A DNA stretch of 64,000 bases from Geosiphon pyriformis uo1 (Eukaryota; Fungi; Glomeromycota). This document shows, piece by piece, positions 25,420 to 39,209 of the stretch (position 1 is its first letter; each line of letters opens with the position of its first letter). A program made the position numbers and the translations under genes. Location of the stretch: positions 234,219-298,218 of the forward strand of contig JAAOMT010000760.1 of NCBI GenBank assembly GCA_016748015.1. Reading direction: 5' to 3'. The notes under the pieces were generated by a model. That model ran no database searches, was not told the DNA's origin, and saw nothing but the letters and a program-made list of their open reading frames with translations.

Positions 25420-26110
25420 ATGGTTTGTATTTAATATAGTATAATAAAAAATTCTGATCATATGTTTTCATATGTCTATAATGACTATACCAAAAAAGAA
25501 TTATTATCTAATATTATTCTAAAATAAAACAGATTATTGGGTGTTTTTGCTAAAAAAAATATAGTTATGTGGTCTTTATATAAGGTTAAGTTGTCTGTTA
25601 AATTGTATATATTGTTAGTTAAAAGCTTTGTATTAAAAAATTAAGTTGCTAATATTATACATAAGTTGAATATTAAATCTAATAGTAATATATTAATTGT
25701 TAATTTGGTGCATAGTCTTGTTAAGAATCATAGATCTGCCATTTGACTTTTAATTGCTAAGTTAAAATTTTATTATAAAAAACATAATCTTTTGTTACAT
25801 AATAAATTTAATATTTTTTTAGTATTTAATTTGTTATTCTTGTGGTCTTTTAAGATAATTTACAATTTTGGTATTAGATTAAGTATTTATATTTGCTTTG
25901 AATTATACTTATATCTGTTCAGATTAAGTTTTGGTTTTTTAAAAAATTTTTTTTTTAAGAGTAATTTAAGTATGTAATATCATCTTAATTGGACCAAATA
26001 GCTGGTTAAATATAGAAAAAGCATAAGTCATGTTTAATTTAGAATCTTATTTAATTGTATCTCTTTAAATTGTGATTAGACTGTATTTATTAAATAATAA
26101 TAATAATAAA
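25420..26110 (+). mobile_element. Degenerate 3' end of a LINE (CCHC region, 3' UTR, (TAA)n/A tail)
   Basis: Remnants NSDHMFS and YKKHNLL match the ORF2 C-terminus (SDHVFLC, MEKHGLI). 25975-26110 resembles the LINE 3' UTR. Confidence 0.7.
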
Positions 26111-28540
26111 TTTTTTAGTAATTATTTAATTATTATATTAGCTGTAAACAAAAAACATTAATTATAAATAAATGGCTATACAATAAAAAGTTTTTGAAAA
26201 TTTAAGACAAAAGTTAATTAAAACTTTAATCTTAATTTATTTAGATTATAAAAAACTATATATAATTACACTTAATATATTAAAAACAATATTTGAAGCA
26301 GTTTTATTTTAATAAAAACCAGATAAACAAAAATATTTAATAATATATAAGTTAAATCTTAAATTTAATAAAATAAAACTATAGAACTTCAATATTAAAA
26401 TACTTAACAATTTATTAAATAATTATAAAATAAAAAAAATATTCTGACAAATTATTTAATATTTACAATTATAAAAGCTTAATATTATTACAAAAAAAAC
26501 TAATAAATAATAAAAATACTAAATAAAAAACAGTATTATTATTATTTAAATACAAAATATATTATAAAATAAAAATAAAAATACTAACAACTTATTATAA
26601 ATAAAACAAATATAAAAAATATTAACCATATTATTATAATTCTAAATAAACAATTAAACTTATAAATAACTATATTACTATATTATTATTTAATAATTTA
26701 AAAAAAATAGTTTTAAAATAAACAAAATAAAATATATTATTAATTCAATTATTATCTTATTTACCAAAACATACTATATTAAAAAATCTAATAAAACCAA
26801 ATAATTTATTAAAAATAATAACAAAACAAGAAAAAAAATAATTTTTATTTAATATATATTTAAATTTAATATAATATTTTAATTATAAAGTAATAATTAA
26901 AAAAATTAAAAAATTATATTATTAATTAATTATATATTCAAATATAATTTAATATATATAAAATTGTAATACTTTCTAAAAAAAATTAAATTTAATAAAC
27001 TATTAAAACTAATTAAAGTTGAATAATTATTTAATTAGATTAAAATTAACTTAATTAAATTATTTTTAATTATTAAAAATAATAAATATATAATTATTAT
27101 TATAAATTATTTTATTAAATAGCCAAAAATTAAAGTAATTTAAAAAGCCAATATTAAATTAATAGTTAAATTTGTCTATTAAGACTTAATATAAACATAA
27201 ATGTTTAAGAAAACTATTATTAAACCAAAAAATTTACTTTATAAACAAAATATTAATTAAATTAAATTAAAAATTTGAAGTAAAAAGACTATTATTATTA
27301 TTATATTATTTATAAACAATAATTTAGTTAAAAAATCTAATAAAATATTATATAAAACTTTAATCAAAATTAATTAAAAAAATAAGATTTGTTTATATAT
27401 TATTAATATTATTTATTTATTAAATAATAAAATAAAATATTATTTAAAACAATATTATTTAAATTAATATATAATAAAATAATCATATTGCTAATTAAAA
27501 TAAAAATAATAATATATTTAACTAAACTAATAATAAAGAATATATTTTAAAAAATATTAAAACTTTATAAAAAAAAAGACATAATAATTAATTGTTAAAT
27601 TTTAAATTAAAAACAAAATACTATTATATTATTATATTAAAACAAAAAAATAATAGAATAAAAATTTAATTCAAAATAGAATAATCTATTTTATATTAAA
27701 AAAATAAAGTATATATATTATAATTAAAAAACAAAATTTTAATTAAAATAATACATAATAATTAATTAAAACTGTATTATACTAAATTATTATTATTATT
27801 TAATATATTATAATTAAGAATATAAAAGATATTAGTTAAATTAAATAAGATTTATAAAATTTAAAACCAATTCTTATCATTAAAACTAGTATATTATAAA
27901 ATTAAAAAAATATATAAATACTATTAAAACATAATAAAATAGCCAAACAAAATAAAAATTATAAAAAATATCTATTTAATTATTTAATAATCATTTTAAT
28001 TATTAAAAAATAAAAAATTAGACATAAAAATAACCATTAACAATTAAAAATTTATTATAAAAACATCCAAAAAAATAAAATTAGAATAATATTATATATA
28101 AAATAATAAAACAATCAAATAATTATGTAAAAAAAAGTAAAAAAAAATTTATTAATTTATTAATAATAATTTAGTTTAAAAATTAATAAAAACAATTAAA
28201 AAAATTAGAATAAATAATTTTAATAATATATTATTATTATTATTATTATTATTATTTGAAATTCTTTTTATTGGCTTTACAAGTATAACCCAATTATTAT
28301 TTAAAAATATACAAAATAATAACTGTAAATTCAAACTTTATATATTAATAAATTTAAAAAAGTATTTAATAAAACAATAATACAATAAATAAAACATATT
28401 ATTAAAAAAAACAATTTAATAATTTATTTAAAAATTATATATTACTTATATTTTATATTTTAAAAATATAATAAAATATTATTATATTTAATAATAAAAT
28501 TATTAATAATAAAACAACTTAAAAAGATAATTAATTTGTA
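26111..28540. other. Extremely AT-rich desert, probably a terminally decayed TE
   Basis: Residual G/C mostly in AC, AGC and RCCA contexts. No ORFs. Confidence 0.5.
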
Positions 28541-28544
28541 AATT

Positions 28545-30759
28545 ACTCTTTGTTTTCTTAATTTTATAACTATAATTAAAGCAAAAAAAAAACTATAATT
28601 AATATCTCTTTTTTGGTATCTTACAAAGTTTTAACCAAAAAAGTTTTTTCTGTTATAAAAGCAATTAAACAGAATGTCTTAAAAGTTTTTCTCTTAGTTA
28701 ATAATAATAATAATAAAAAACTGTTTTTAATAGTTATTAAAACATCTTTTCTATTTTTTACTGGTTTTTTATTAATCAAAGTTCTCTTAAAGAGACACAC
28801 TTAAGTTAGTTTTAATATTGCTTTTACTTTTATTAAAAGCCCAAAAATTTTTAATAGTAAATTAGTTAACAAGCTGGTCTTCCTAATTATTGCTGTTATA
28901 TCTAGTATTACTAATATTATTTCTTTAAAAATAACCAAAAAAACCAAAGATTCTAAAAAGTAAAAGCAATTACTTGTTTTTGTTATTGTTATACCAAACT
29001 TTTTTGTGATTTTAGATGAAATTTTGAATAAAATCTCTATTGTATTATTTGGCAAATTATTGTTAGTTTTAGAAACAAAATAACAGTTTTCTATTAAATT
29101 ATTTGTTTTTGAGAACTTAGGCTGATTAAATAGAAATTAATTTATCTTTTCTGTATTGCTGCTGATAGTACTTGGAAACTTATTTTTAGTTATTAAAAGT
29201 TTACTAAGTAAATAGTCTCTACTCTAATGTTTAATGCTATTTTTAAGATTAAATTAGTTTATATTAAGATTGTTTTTAGTTTGTGCATGGTTTTTTGAAT
29301 ACTAAGTCAGTATTAAAGAACAATATAAAGCTTTTTTATATGGAATTTACTTTTTAAAAGTCTTTGAAAACTGTATTTTTGGTTGAGTTTACAAGCTTTG
29401 TTTGTTTAATGGCTCTTAAAATTGCAAAATTTTTGATAGTTTCTGAGTCTAATTCCTTTTTTGCTGCTATTGCTTTGTATAATATGCTTTTGGATGTATT
29501 TGCTGTTAATATTAAAACAGTATTTAATGTTTTTGGTAAAATTACTTATGTTATATTAAAATTTACTGGTGTTTAACAATATATTATTATTTATTTTAAA
29601 GAGCTAAATACTACTGTATCTGTTTTGAATTATTGATTAGTATTAGTAAACAAGAATAGTATTAAGATTTTTTCTTTAATTAATCAAAATAAGACTATTT
29701 TGTTTCATAATAAGTTTAAGACTAAGTTGATCAATCTTTTTTTGATTGTACTGCCTTTAAAATTAGTAATATAATCTCTCAAATTAGTAATTAAACTTGT
29801 TTTATTTTTTACTTTTTTAATTTTGGTTATTATTTTTGATTTGTTCTAATTATGTTTGAATTTTAAACTAATTTAAATACTATAATAATCAAGACTAATA
29901 TACTAAAAAAGTGCTATATTTAATAGAAGACTCCTAGTTATTAGTGTTATTTTAAGTGTTAAAAAGTAGGTCATTTGACTGTAAACTATAAGATATCTCT
30001 TCTTTTTTTCTTAAAAGTTCTAAGATTTTTAAAGTATTTATACTATATTTTGTAAATATTAAGTTTTATGCCAAAGCTTCTGTTCTTTTAAGTTCTTCTA
30101 AGTTTTTATCTTTAATGATTCTTGTCTTTTTTTTTGTAGTTGTTAATAATTATTTGGTGTTTTTTTAGTTAACTTTTTTAAAATCTGATTTGGCCAAATT
30201 TTTTGTATTAATTAAGTCAATTATTAAGCTTATTAACTCTTTGATTGTTGTGTTTAAACAATTTATTAAAGATAATTTGGTTTTAAACAGTGTTTTTAAT
30301 CTTAAGATTAATAAATTTATAATTCATCTAAATTTTCTTAGCAGAATTATTGATAAATTGAGAAAAAAAGTGGTTTTACTAAAAAAAAAGTGCTATATAA
30401 ATAATGTTAACATGTCTGGTAATTCAAATTTTTTAGTTGGTATTAATAATAATATATTTTTTAATTTAATATTCTTTTAGTATATAAATTTAATAATATT
30501 AAAACTAATTTTTAAAAAATAGTTAAATAGTTAGTTGAATTGGTTTTTTGTAGTGTTAAATTGTTTAACATAATTTAAAAAATATTAGCTTTGGATAAGT
30601 TTACTTCTATTGTATTAATATAATATAATCTAAACTGATTTGAATAGCTGATTACATATAAAAAATACATGAATTATATTTAATTTTAGAATATTTAATT
30701 TGTTTTTAATTTTTAAATAATAATTAAGTTATACATATTAAATTTTAATAAAAAAAAAA
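28545..30759 (+). mobile_element. ORF1-only non-autonomous LINE derivative (HAL1-like), copy 1, heavily mutated
   Basis: Decayed LINE 5' motif at ~28557, RRM remnant (NIKTVFNVFGKITYVILKFTGV*QY), knuckle remnant CYFKC*KVGHLTVNY at ~29945, coiled coil, then LINE-type 3' UTR (30620-30750) and poly-A. No ORF2. Confidence 0.75.
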
Positions 30760-32606
30760 CTTATAATTAAATAACCAAAAATAAAAAATTTTAATATTAT
30801 AATAAAAAAAATCTAATAAATTTTATTAAAGCTTAATATTAAAAAAAAAGATAATATTATTTATAAAATAATATAAAAAATAAATAATACTTAAAATATA
30901 ATATAAATTAATTAATAATTAGAGATTTATATTATAAAAATATATATATATATACATAATAATAATATTAAAAGCAGAAAAAATAATTAAGTTTATTAGA
31001 TTTTTTATTTAAATAACTTTAATAATTAGAAATCTAATACTTAAAATAAATGTTTTTAATAAAAATCTTAATTTAATTATTTATTATTTAAATTACATAA
31101 ATTTATATTTATTTTATTAAAATTTACTTATTTTTAAATTAATACTATTAATATTTACTGAATATTATTAATTATATTAAAACAATAATTTTAATTATAA
31201 CTATTAACAGAATACTAATTTTATATTATTTTTTTGTGTATTTATTTTGTTTTATTAATTAATTAAAAAAACATTAAAATTACAATATCAAAATTTGTTT
31301 AATAAAAAATACAGAATAAACATAGAATTAATTTATTGAATTGCTTATCAAAAGAATAAAAAACACCAAAATAAATTAATTATTATGTTAAAAAAGTTAA
31401 ATACTAAATATTATCAATTAAAATTAATAATTTTTGTTTATTATACAAAAAATTTAAACAATAAATATTTTTAAATATTAAAACTTTTAGGTTTATATTT
31501 TTAATTAAAAACATTAACTTATAAATTAAATATATTACCTGTTTAATCTTTTATTTTTTTTTATTTTTACAACTATAACTAAAGCAAAAAGTAAAAAAAT
31601 TTTAAAAATTATTTTCTTTATAGTAACTAATAAAGTTTTTTTATTGTTAAAACAGTTAGACAAAAACATTTTTTTTATTTTTAGCTAATAACTTTTTTTA
31701 ATTAAAGTTTTTTATAAGAAACATATTTAAGTTAGTTCTAATATTGTTTTTATTTTTTTTAAGAATTTTAAAGTTTTTAATAACAGATTAACTAACAAAT
31801 TGATTTTTTTTGTTTTTACTATTATTATTACCATTTTATAAATGGCCAAAAAAACCAAAAAATTAAGAAAATAGTAATAGATACTTATATCTGTTATTGT
31901 TATATTAAATTTTTTTGTAGTCTAAACAACAATAATAACATATTTTCCAAAATAAGCTAAGATTAATTATTGGCTATATTATTAAATATAATATTTTTTA
32001 GCAAATTATTATTTGTTTTAAAAACAAACAATTTATTAGATTATTTAATCTTAAAAATTAAGCTAATTAAATAGAAATTAAATCAATTTTTGCTCTTTTG
32101 TTTTTTAGTTCTGTCTTTAATAATACTTAAGAAACAATTTTTTGTTATTAAAAATTTTTAAGTAGATGGTTTTTATTCTGGTATTTAATATTATTTTTAA
32201 AATTAAATTAGTCTTAATTAATTTTTTGTTTTATTTGTTATCTGATTATGTTAAGTTTAAATTAGGTTTTAAAGACAATATTAAGTTGTTTTGTATAAAT
32301 TTTGCTTTTAAGATTTTTTTAATTGTTGTTATTAATATTGTTATTACTGGTTTTTTTTAATCATATTTAAAATTGTAAAATCTTTTGTGATAACTTCTGG
32401 CTCTTTTTTTTTATATCTATTGTATTCTATAATATTTTTATTGATATATTTTTTAATGATATTAAAAATGCTTTTGGGAAAAATTCTTTCTTTTGTCAAT
32501 TCCCTGATCACGACAAGAGCATAGATATTTCTGAAGTATTTGCTTTTTTTTCTCCCTTTTCCTCTAGTCCCTATTAGCTATTTCTTCTACTACACCTCCG
32601 TTTGTT

Positions 32607-34540
32607 ATGATGGAATCAGTAGGCTCTTCTACTGGTAGCTCTGAGTCGATTTCGGCTAGTTTGGGGACCTGCCAAAGTGCAAAAAGCAAGCATGTGGATA
32701 CAGTATATTCTCAAAGTGCATCTTACAAGAAGCCAAAAAAGCCTGTTACTAGTGTTATAGTTGACTCTTCTACTGGCCCTCTGGGCTTGGAAAATCTTGG
32801 TGGTATTGGTGTCAAGTCTGGGATATCCTGAGAAAGCAAAGTTGGCAGTGTCACTAGCAGTGTAAGTGATCTCTCAGACATCAAAAATATGGCAAACACA
32901 ATTGCCGAAGAAACCAGTTACGCAGAATCAGGTGAGGATGACAACATGAATGAAATGACACCGAGAAAGACTCGCATTCAGACATTTGTACTGGGCAACC
33001 CTCTGAAGCAGTCTTCATTCAAATGTATGAGTGATGACAATGTTGTGCTGGATCTTCCTTCTCATGTGAATATTGGGTCCAATCAGTCGCCTCTGCTCAG
33101 ATTATGTGCTCCAGAAATACGAAACTTTAATATGATAAAATTCTTCGTGCTTGATATTGAGCTTTCTGCAGTGCCTGGCAAGTTAGTTAGTGATAAATTA
33201 ATTTCATTAAAAAAAATCTTTTATCATATTGATGGTTTTAGGGGAGCCTCCACTCCCTCAAAATTTTCTGGTATCATTAGATTATCCTTTACCTCAGAAT
33301 TTAGTTTGAATAAGGCTAGGGAAATAGTGATCTGTAAAAAAATTTTGGTTAATGATGATGTTAGAAAAGCAAACAACCATTCAGATCGGGAGGTGATCAT
33401 CAAGGAAATCCCAATAGATCTTCCCAGATCAGCAGTGGAATCAGTTTTCTCTAAATTTGGCAAGATTGTGTCTATCAAGATGCAGCTAATTGGTCTTTGG
33501 CAAAAGGCCTTAGTTGAATTTGAGTTGTCTGAAGTTGCCAGTCAGGTCGCTTCTATGTAGTCTGTTTTTATGGAAAAAGATTCTGTGCATGTGGCTTTGG
33601 TGATCAATGATAAACAAACATGGATATCTAGGGATCAGCATCAAGCATTGTTATACACTCTACCAATAGGCACCACTGCCCATGATCTTTTTAATTTGTT
33701 GGTATCCTATGGTGGGAAGTCTTGTTTTATCAGCCGCAATCCTAGTTTATATGTTCATGATAGGTGTGCTGTAATTTGTTTTGGTGATGAGGCATCCAAG
33801 TTGGCTGCTATTGGCACAGTTCTTGTTTTCAAGGGTGTAAATTTGCATTGGGCTGGTCTCTCTTTGGCCTGTTGTAGTCAGTACAAACAATTTGGTCATA
33901 TTTCTGTTAACTGTTTGATGGGTGAGAATTCTGGTGGTCATGGAAGGCAGGTAGTTTCAAATTAGGATTGGGTTTGTCTGGCCAGAATATATATAAAAAA
34001 ATGGTTCCTATTGCATGGCCAGTTTTATTTGGTGGCAAGACATGGGCTCAGGTTGCCGGTAGCTTTTTTTCTTATACGGTTCTTTTAGATGCTTCTGGTG
34101 TTGGTTCAACCTCAGGTGTGAACCCTCTCTCAATGTCCTTTGGGTTCCTTGATGTCTCTGATTTAGGCAGTCGTTTGGCATCCCTGGAATGCTCCTTGGA
34201 ATTCTTAGCTGACCAGATTTCTGGTATTATAAAAAGATTGAGTTTTGTCAAGTTGGTGCCCTTGGCGCCTTCCTCTTCAAATGTTTCTGTGCCTGTGGTT
34301 TCAGTTGTGGACTCAGATATGGCTTTGAATGGTGGGTTGGCTTTGTCTATGCTCTCTGTTTCTGGTGCTGATGTATCTGATACTGTTCTTAGTTTGAATA
34401 GTTCAAAGATTCTTACCTTCAAGATGGGTGGTCTGGAATCTAAGATGTCTGCTCTGGAAGCTTTGATTGGTTCAGTTCTGGCAAGATTGGATCTCTTGTG
34501 TTCTAGTTCTGGTTCTCATGTTCCTTTTTTGTCCCAATGA
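32607..34540 (+). pseudogene. LINE ORF1 of B2
   Basis: Homologous to 4846-6804. Stops plus one frameshift near 33965-34000. Confidence 0.92.
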
Positions 34541-37500
34541 GCAATCTGGTCTGGAAATTTGCAACATGTAATGTTCAGAGTATCAACGTTCCTGCGAAGC
34601 AAGCAGACATTGTTTGTTGGCATATGGGTTCTGGGAATATGGTTTCTTTTGTTACTGAAATGAAGTTGAGGTCTTTTGCTGGGCCATGGATCAAGGATAA
34701 ATTTGATGGAGTTCGGATTTTTACTTCTGGTTTGGATGTTGGTTATTTTAGTACTGGTGTTGCTGTGATCATAAACAATTCTTTGGCTTGCCATGTTTCT
34801 AAGGTTAAAGAGATCCCTGGTCGGGTTGTTTCTGTACAACTTTTGTTTAAAGGCAAGCTTTCGGTAACTGTGCTTGGTTTGTATGCTGGTGCTTCTTCTG
34901 GCACTCATTTTGGTAAGGCGTCTGAGATTAACTTTTTCATTGCTAAAGCTGTCAATACCAGCACCTTTGTCATGTTGGGTGGAGATTTTAATGAGAGCAG
35001 ATCTAGAAGGAGCATGAGTTTTAAGTTTTGCTTGGGTCTGGGTTTAGTCAATTCTTTTGCTGGCCATCATTTGGCTGGGACACTTACATGGTGCAATTCA
35101 AGAGGAGTTAAGAAGACTATTGATTACATTTTTGTTAGTGAAAACCTGTCTTCCACTGTTGCTAAGCATTGGATTGGACCTGTTTCTAAATTTTTTGATA
35201 CAGATCACAGTATTATCATGGTGTTGGTTGGCTTGAGTGGACTCTTGAATGCTCAGTTGAATAGTTTGTGCAAGCAGGCTAACAAGAATTGTTGGAAGTT
35301 CAGAATTAGGGATGTGAATGTTGCCAAATAGAGTAAGTTTAAGGATTGTGTTTCAAATAAACTTCTGTTGGTCAAGAACTTTTTTTCTGAGGCTAAAGCT
35401 AGTGGTGATCTAGATACTATGTGGGCGATTTTGGAAAGGGGGATGGTTGAGTTGGCTGATGAAATGTTCGCGAGACATTGGTTTAGTAAGTTTCAGTACT
35501 CTAGGAATAAACATTCTTCAAAATTTTTTGGGCTTGAGCTACTTGTTGCTAAAATTGTTAGTAAGATTAGTTCTGGCGACATGCTTGGGGTAGACTACCT
35601 TGTGAGAAAATGGTTCACTTTGGATGAGACCAAGGCTAGTGCTTTTTCTGACTTGGTCATCTTGGGTAAGGACAGTGTTGTTCTTCTTAAGCATTTGTCA
35701 TCAGTTTGCAAAGAATACAAAAGGTCAAAAATTTTTGAGTCGAGGTTGGCTGAGGAGACTTCCATTAAGAAAACTATAGAAAAGCACATGGAGAGCTTTG
35801 TTTCTAGTAAGGGTGGCATGATTCAAAGCGTTTTGGACTGGCCTTTTCATAAGATGGTTCTTAATTATTTGGTGATTAATGATGACTTGGTTTTGGAATC
35901 TGAAGAGGTAAAGTCTAAGGTAGATGAAATCATAATGAAGTGGACAAAAGTTCACACTGTACCTCAATCGTTGTCTGAATGTTGGGTTCGCCAATACATG
36001 CCATTGGATTATGTAAGAGACAATGCCTTTTCTGGTGTTATGAGAAAGATAGATATAGAGGAGTTGCTTCTGGTGGTAAGACCGCTGGCCTGTCTGGTAT
36101 TCCCAATGAACTGTAGAAGCATGGTGATGAAGTGATTCTGAAATGTCTATTGGTTTTGCTGAATGCTTGCTTGTCCATTGGCAGGGTGCCTGTTTCTTGG
36201 AAAAGGGCCTGGGTGTTGATGATTCCTAAGCCATATGATTGGAATGGTGTTATCACAAACACTTGTCCTATTGCTCTGATTGAAACTGCCAGAAAGATTC
36301 TCTCTAAGGTTCTGTTCGATCAGATTTCTTTCATATGTAGTAAGTTTGGTGTTCTCTGTGGTGACAATTTCTCTATGTTGAAGAGCACATCTATGCAATC
36401 TCTGGTGTTTGCTGTTGGGGCAGTTGTAAAGGATGCTCTCGAAAAAGATAGGGAACTTTGGCTGGTCCTGCAAGACATGCGAAAAGCATATGATTCTGTT
36501 GGGTGGCATCATTTAAGGGCTAGTTTGTGGAAAATTAAGATGTGCAACAAATTCATTAGATTTTTTGGTGGTATACATAAGGGTAAGTTCAACAGAGTGA
36601 TGACGGATTTTGGTCTTTTTGATAGGTATCATGTTTGTGATGATTTGAATCAGAGTGAAGTTTTCTTGCCCTTTTTGTGGAGGATTTTTTATGATCCGCT
36701 TCTATGTGAGGTTAAAAGACATGAACAGATTTTTGGGTATTGGATAAGTTCCAAGTTTGTTTCAAAGTCAGGTCGAATTGAGTGCAGTGGTGGGTTGTTA
36801 TCCTATTTCACAGCTGGTGCTTTTGTTGATGATACAATTTGGGTTGAGAACTGTCAAGCTGCTACTCAAAATATTTTGGACATTGTGAGTGAGTTTTTTG
36901 TTATCAATGACATTTCCATCAACAATGAAAAGACTGTGGTCATTCTGATTAATCAAGGTGTTAGAATTGCTTCCTTGAGTATTAATGGTCTGTCTGTTTC
37001 AATAGCTAAAAAGGGTGTAGCTCATCACTATCTAGGTATTTTTTTGTTCACTGAGGGGCTTTCGAAGCCGAGTGTGGCCAAGGCACATTCTGATGTTTGT
37101 TTCTTTGCTAATGTGGTTCTCAGGAAGGCTATTACTAATAAACAGTTTTCATATCTGGTATTGGTCATCTTGCAGCCTATTGTTAACTATTGCACTCAGT
37201 TCAGCTTTGTCTCATCAAATGTGTATAACAAATGGGATGTGATGTTGAAGAAGGGCCTTAAGTCTAAAGCTGGTTTGTCCTGTGATTTCCCTAATGAGGC
37301 TCTGTGTCATCCATCTTTATATGGTCTGAAGTCTTTTGAGCAGATGCAGTCTGAAGAGAAGTTGGCTGCCTTGATTTCATTTTCCAACTCCTCTGGTATT
37401 CTTGGCCAGTTGTTTGAGCACAGGCTTCTCAATTTGCAGGTTCTAAGGTGGTCTTCTTTGAATCTTTTGCAGTTTCCTGTTAGGTTGTGTGTTAGTCCTG

Positions 37501-39209
37501 TGAACAATTTTCTGGCAGGCATGATTAAAATTTTTCTGTGCAATGAGCTATCTCTGTCAAATAGATTGCCCAATGCTTTCCATAGTCCTGGTAATTTTCC
37601 TGTGTTATCTATCCTGAGGAGTTTTTTGCATTTCAATTCGGTTCGTTTATTGAAGCATTTTGGTGTGGCTTTTGGTGATAAATTGTTTGACAAGAAGAGA
37701 CATATTATGAGTTGGGTGACTTTTCAGTATTGGAAGAGATTGGGGCCAAGGAGTTCTGTTCCTCACTGGTTTATGGTTGTGTCTGATTTTCTTTGCAGCA
37801 TTAGAGCCTTGCTGACCAGTTCTGTAAAGTCTACTTGTTTTTCTGGAGTGAGCGTTTTGGATTTCGAGGAGTTTTCTATAGTTGTTAGTAAGTTGCATGA
37901 AGTCTGGTCTGACTCGTTTGAGGTTTTTATGAATGGCTTGTTAAAAAATTTTGGTAATGTTGATGTTGCCAGTAGTGTGGCAGTCTTTTTTCCTGTTATT
38001 GATATGAGTATTGGCATTAGGATTGATGGACTGTTGTCTTCTACTATGGCTAAACTGCAAGCCATTGCTTTGTCTTTAGAGTGTGTTCTGTCTTCTTGTA
38101 CAGTGATCGTGCATACTGACAGCCAAGCGGCTATTGATGTATGCATTTCTGAGATGTCATTGTTTATGTCTGATTTCCGCTCCTCTTGTTGGTTGGAGAG
38201 ACGCCAGATTTTTGATTTGGTTCACGAAAAAGATCTTTCTGTACATTGGATTAAAGTCAAAGGGCATTCTGGGGTTGTTGGTAATGTTAGGGCTGATGCT
38301 GCTGCTGGAGATGCTGTTTTTTCTCATTTATCTTTGCCTATCAGTGTCTGGGAGCGCTTTTTAGTTGCTGAGAATACACCAGTCTTTGGCAATACTCATC
38401 ATTTTGTTCGGGATTTGTATAAAGCTGTTTGCTATGCACAATGGGAGGTGAGACTTGGCTGTGATGTAATTCCTAGTGTGCTAATTGAGGCCATGAATTG
38501 GGATGCTACTGTTAGGGTGTGGCATTTCGATTCACATATGCTTGCTGGTTTTACTAGTCAGAGGTCTTCTTGTTTTCGCACGTATTTGATGAAGGCTGTG
38601 CACTGATGGCTTCTTGTGGTGGTTAGGAAATGTTTGTATGATAAATTGTACCCTGGTGTGCTGTGCTTATTGTGTTGTGAGATGGAGTTACCAGACCATG
38701 TTTTCACATGTTCTCATGATGTGGAGGTTTGCGAAGAGGTGTTGGTTGCAATGCATTTGGACTGGCTGTTCATGATCAGTTCTCATGGCTTGTCATCCTC
38801 TGCTGTTTTGCAATTTCTTGGTCGGTGTTCTTTGAACGTTAGTTTGTATTTGGTTCTGTGTAAAGGGTTTGTGCTGAGGGAGTGGTGTGAAGAGACAGTG
38901 AATATTTTGGATGGTAAAAAGGAGGCTGTCAGTGCTGTGGTTGGTTTTGTTGGGCATTTGGTTGAGCTATATTGCTCTAAAGCCTGGTTGGTGAGATTAG
39001 CGTTTAGGGTAAGAATAGAGAAGACTAGTCTGGTTGGGAATGACAGTTTGTTTTCTGGTTTGTTTTGTTGCTTGGGTTCTTTGTTGCCTGATAAGGTAGT
39101 AAGGATGCTTGGCATTGCTGGCTCTTTTGCTGTTAATTTTGGCTGTCACAGGTTTTACCTTTTCTTTTTTGGTCTGGATAGTAGTCCTAGTGTTGATATA
39201 GGTGTGTAG
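34537..39209 (+). pseudogene. LINE ORF2 of B2 (APE-RT-RNase H-CCHC)
   Basis: GGDFN, QDMRKAYDSV, AFVDDT, HTDSQA, WIKVKGHSGVVGNVRAD and CLLCCEMELPDHVFTC. Frameshifting deletion near 36080. Confidence 0.95.

Noticed and set aside
26111-28540. Classical CpA>TpA RIP, or a centromere call for the AT deserts
   Set aside because: CpA is among the commonest surviving contexts, and nothing in the sequence alone supports centromere function.
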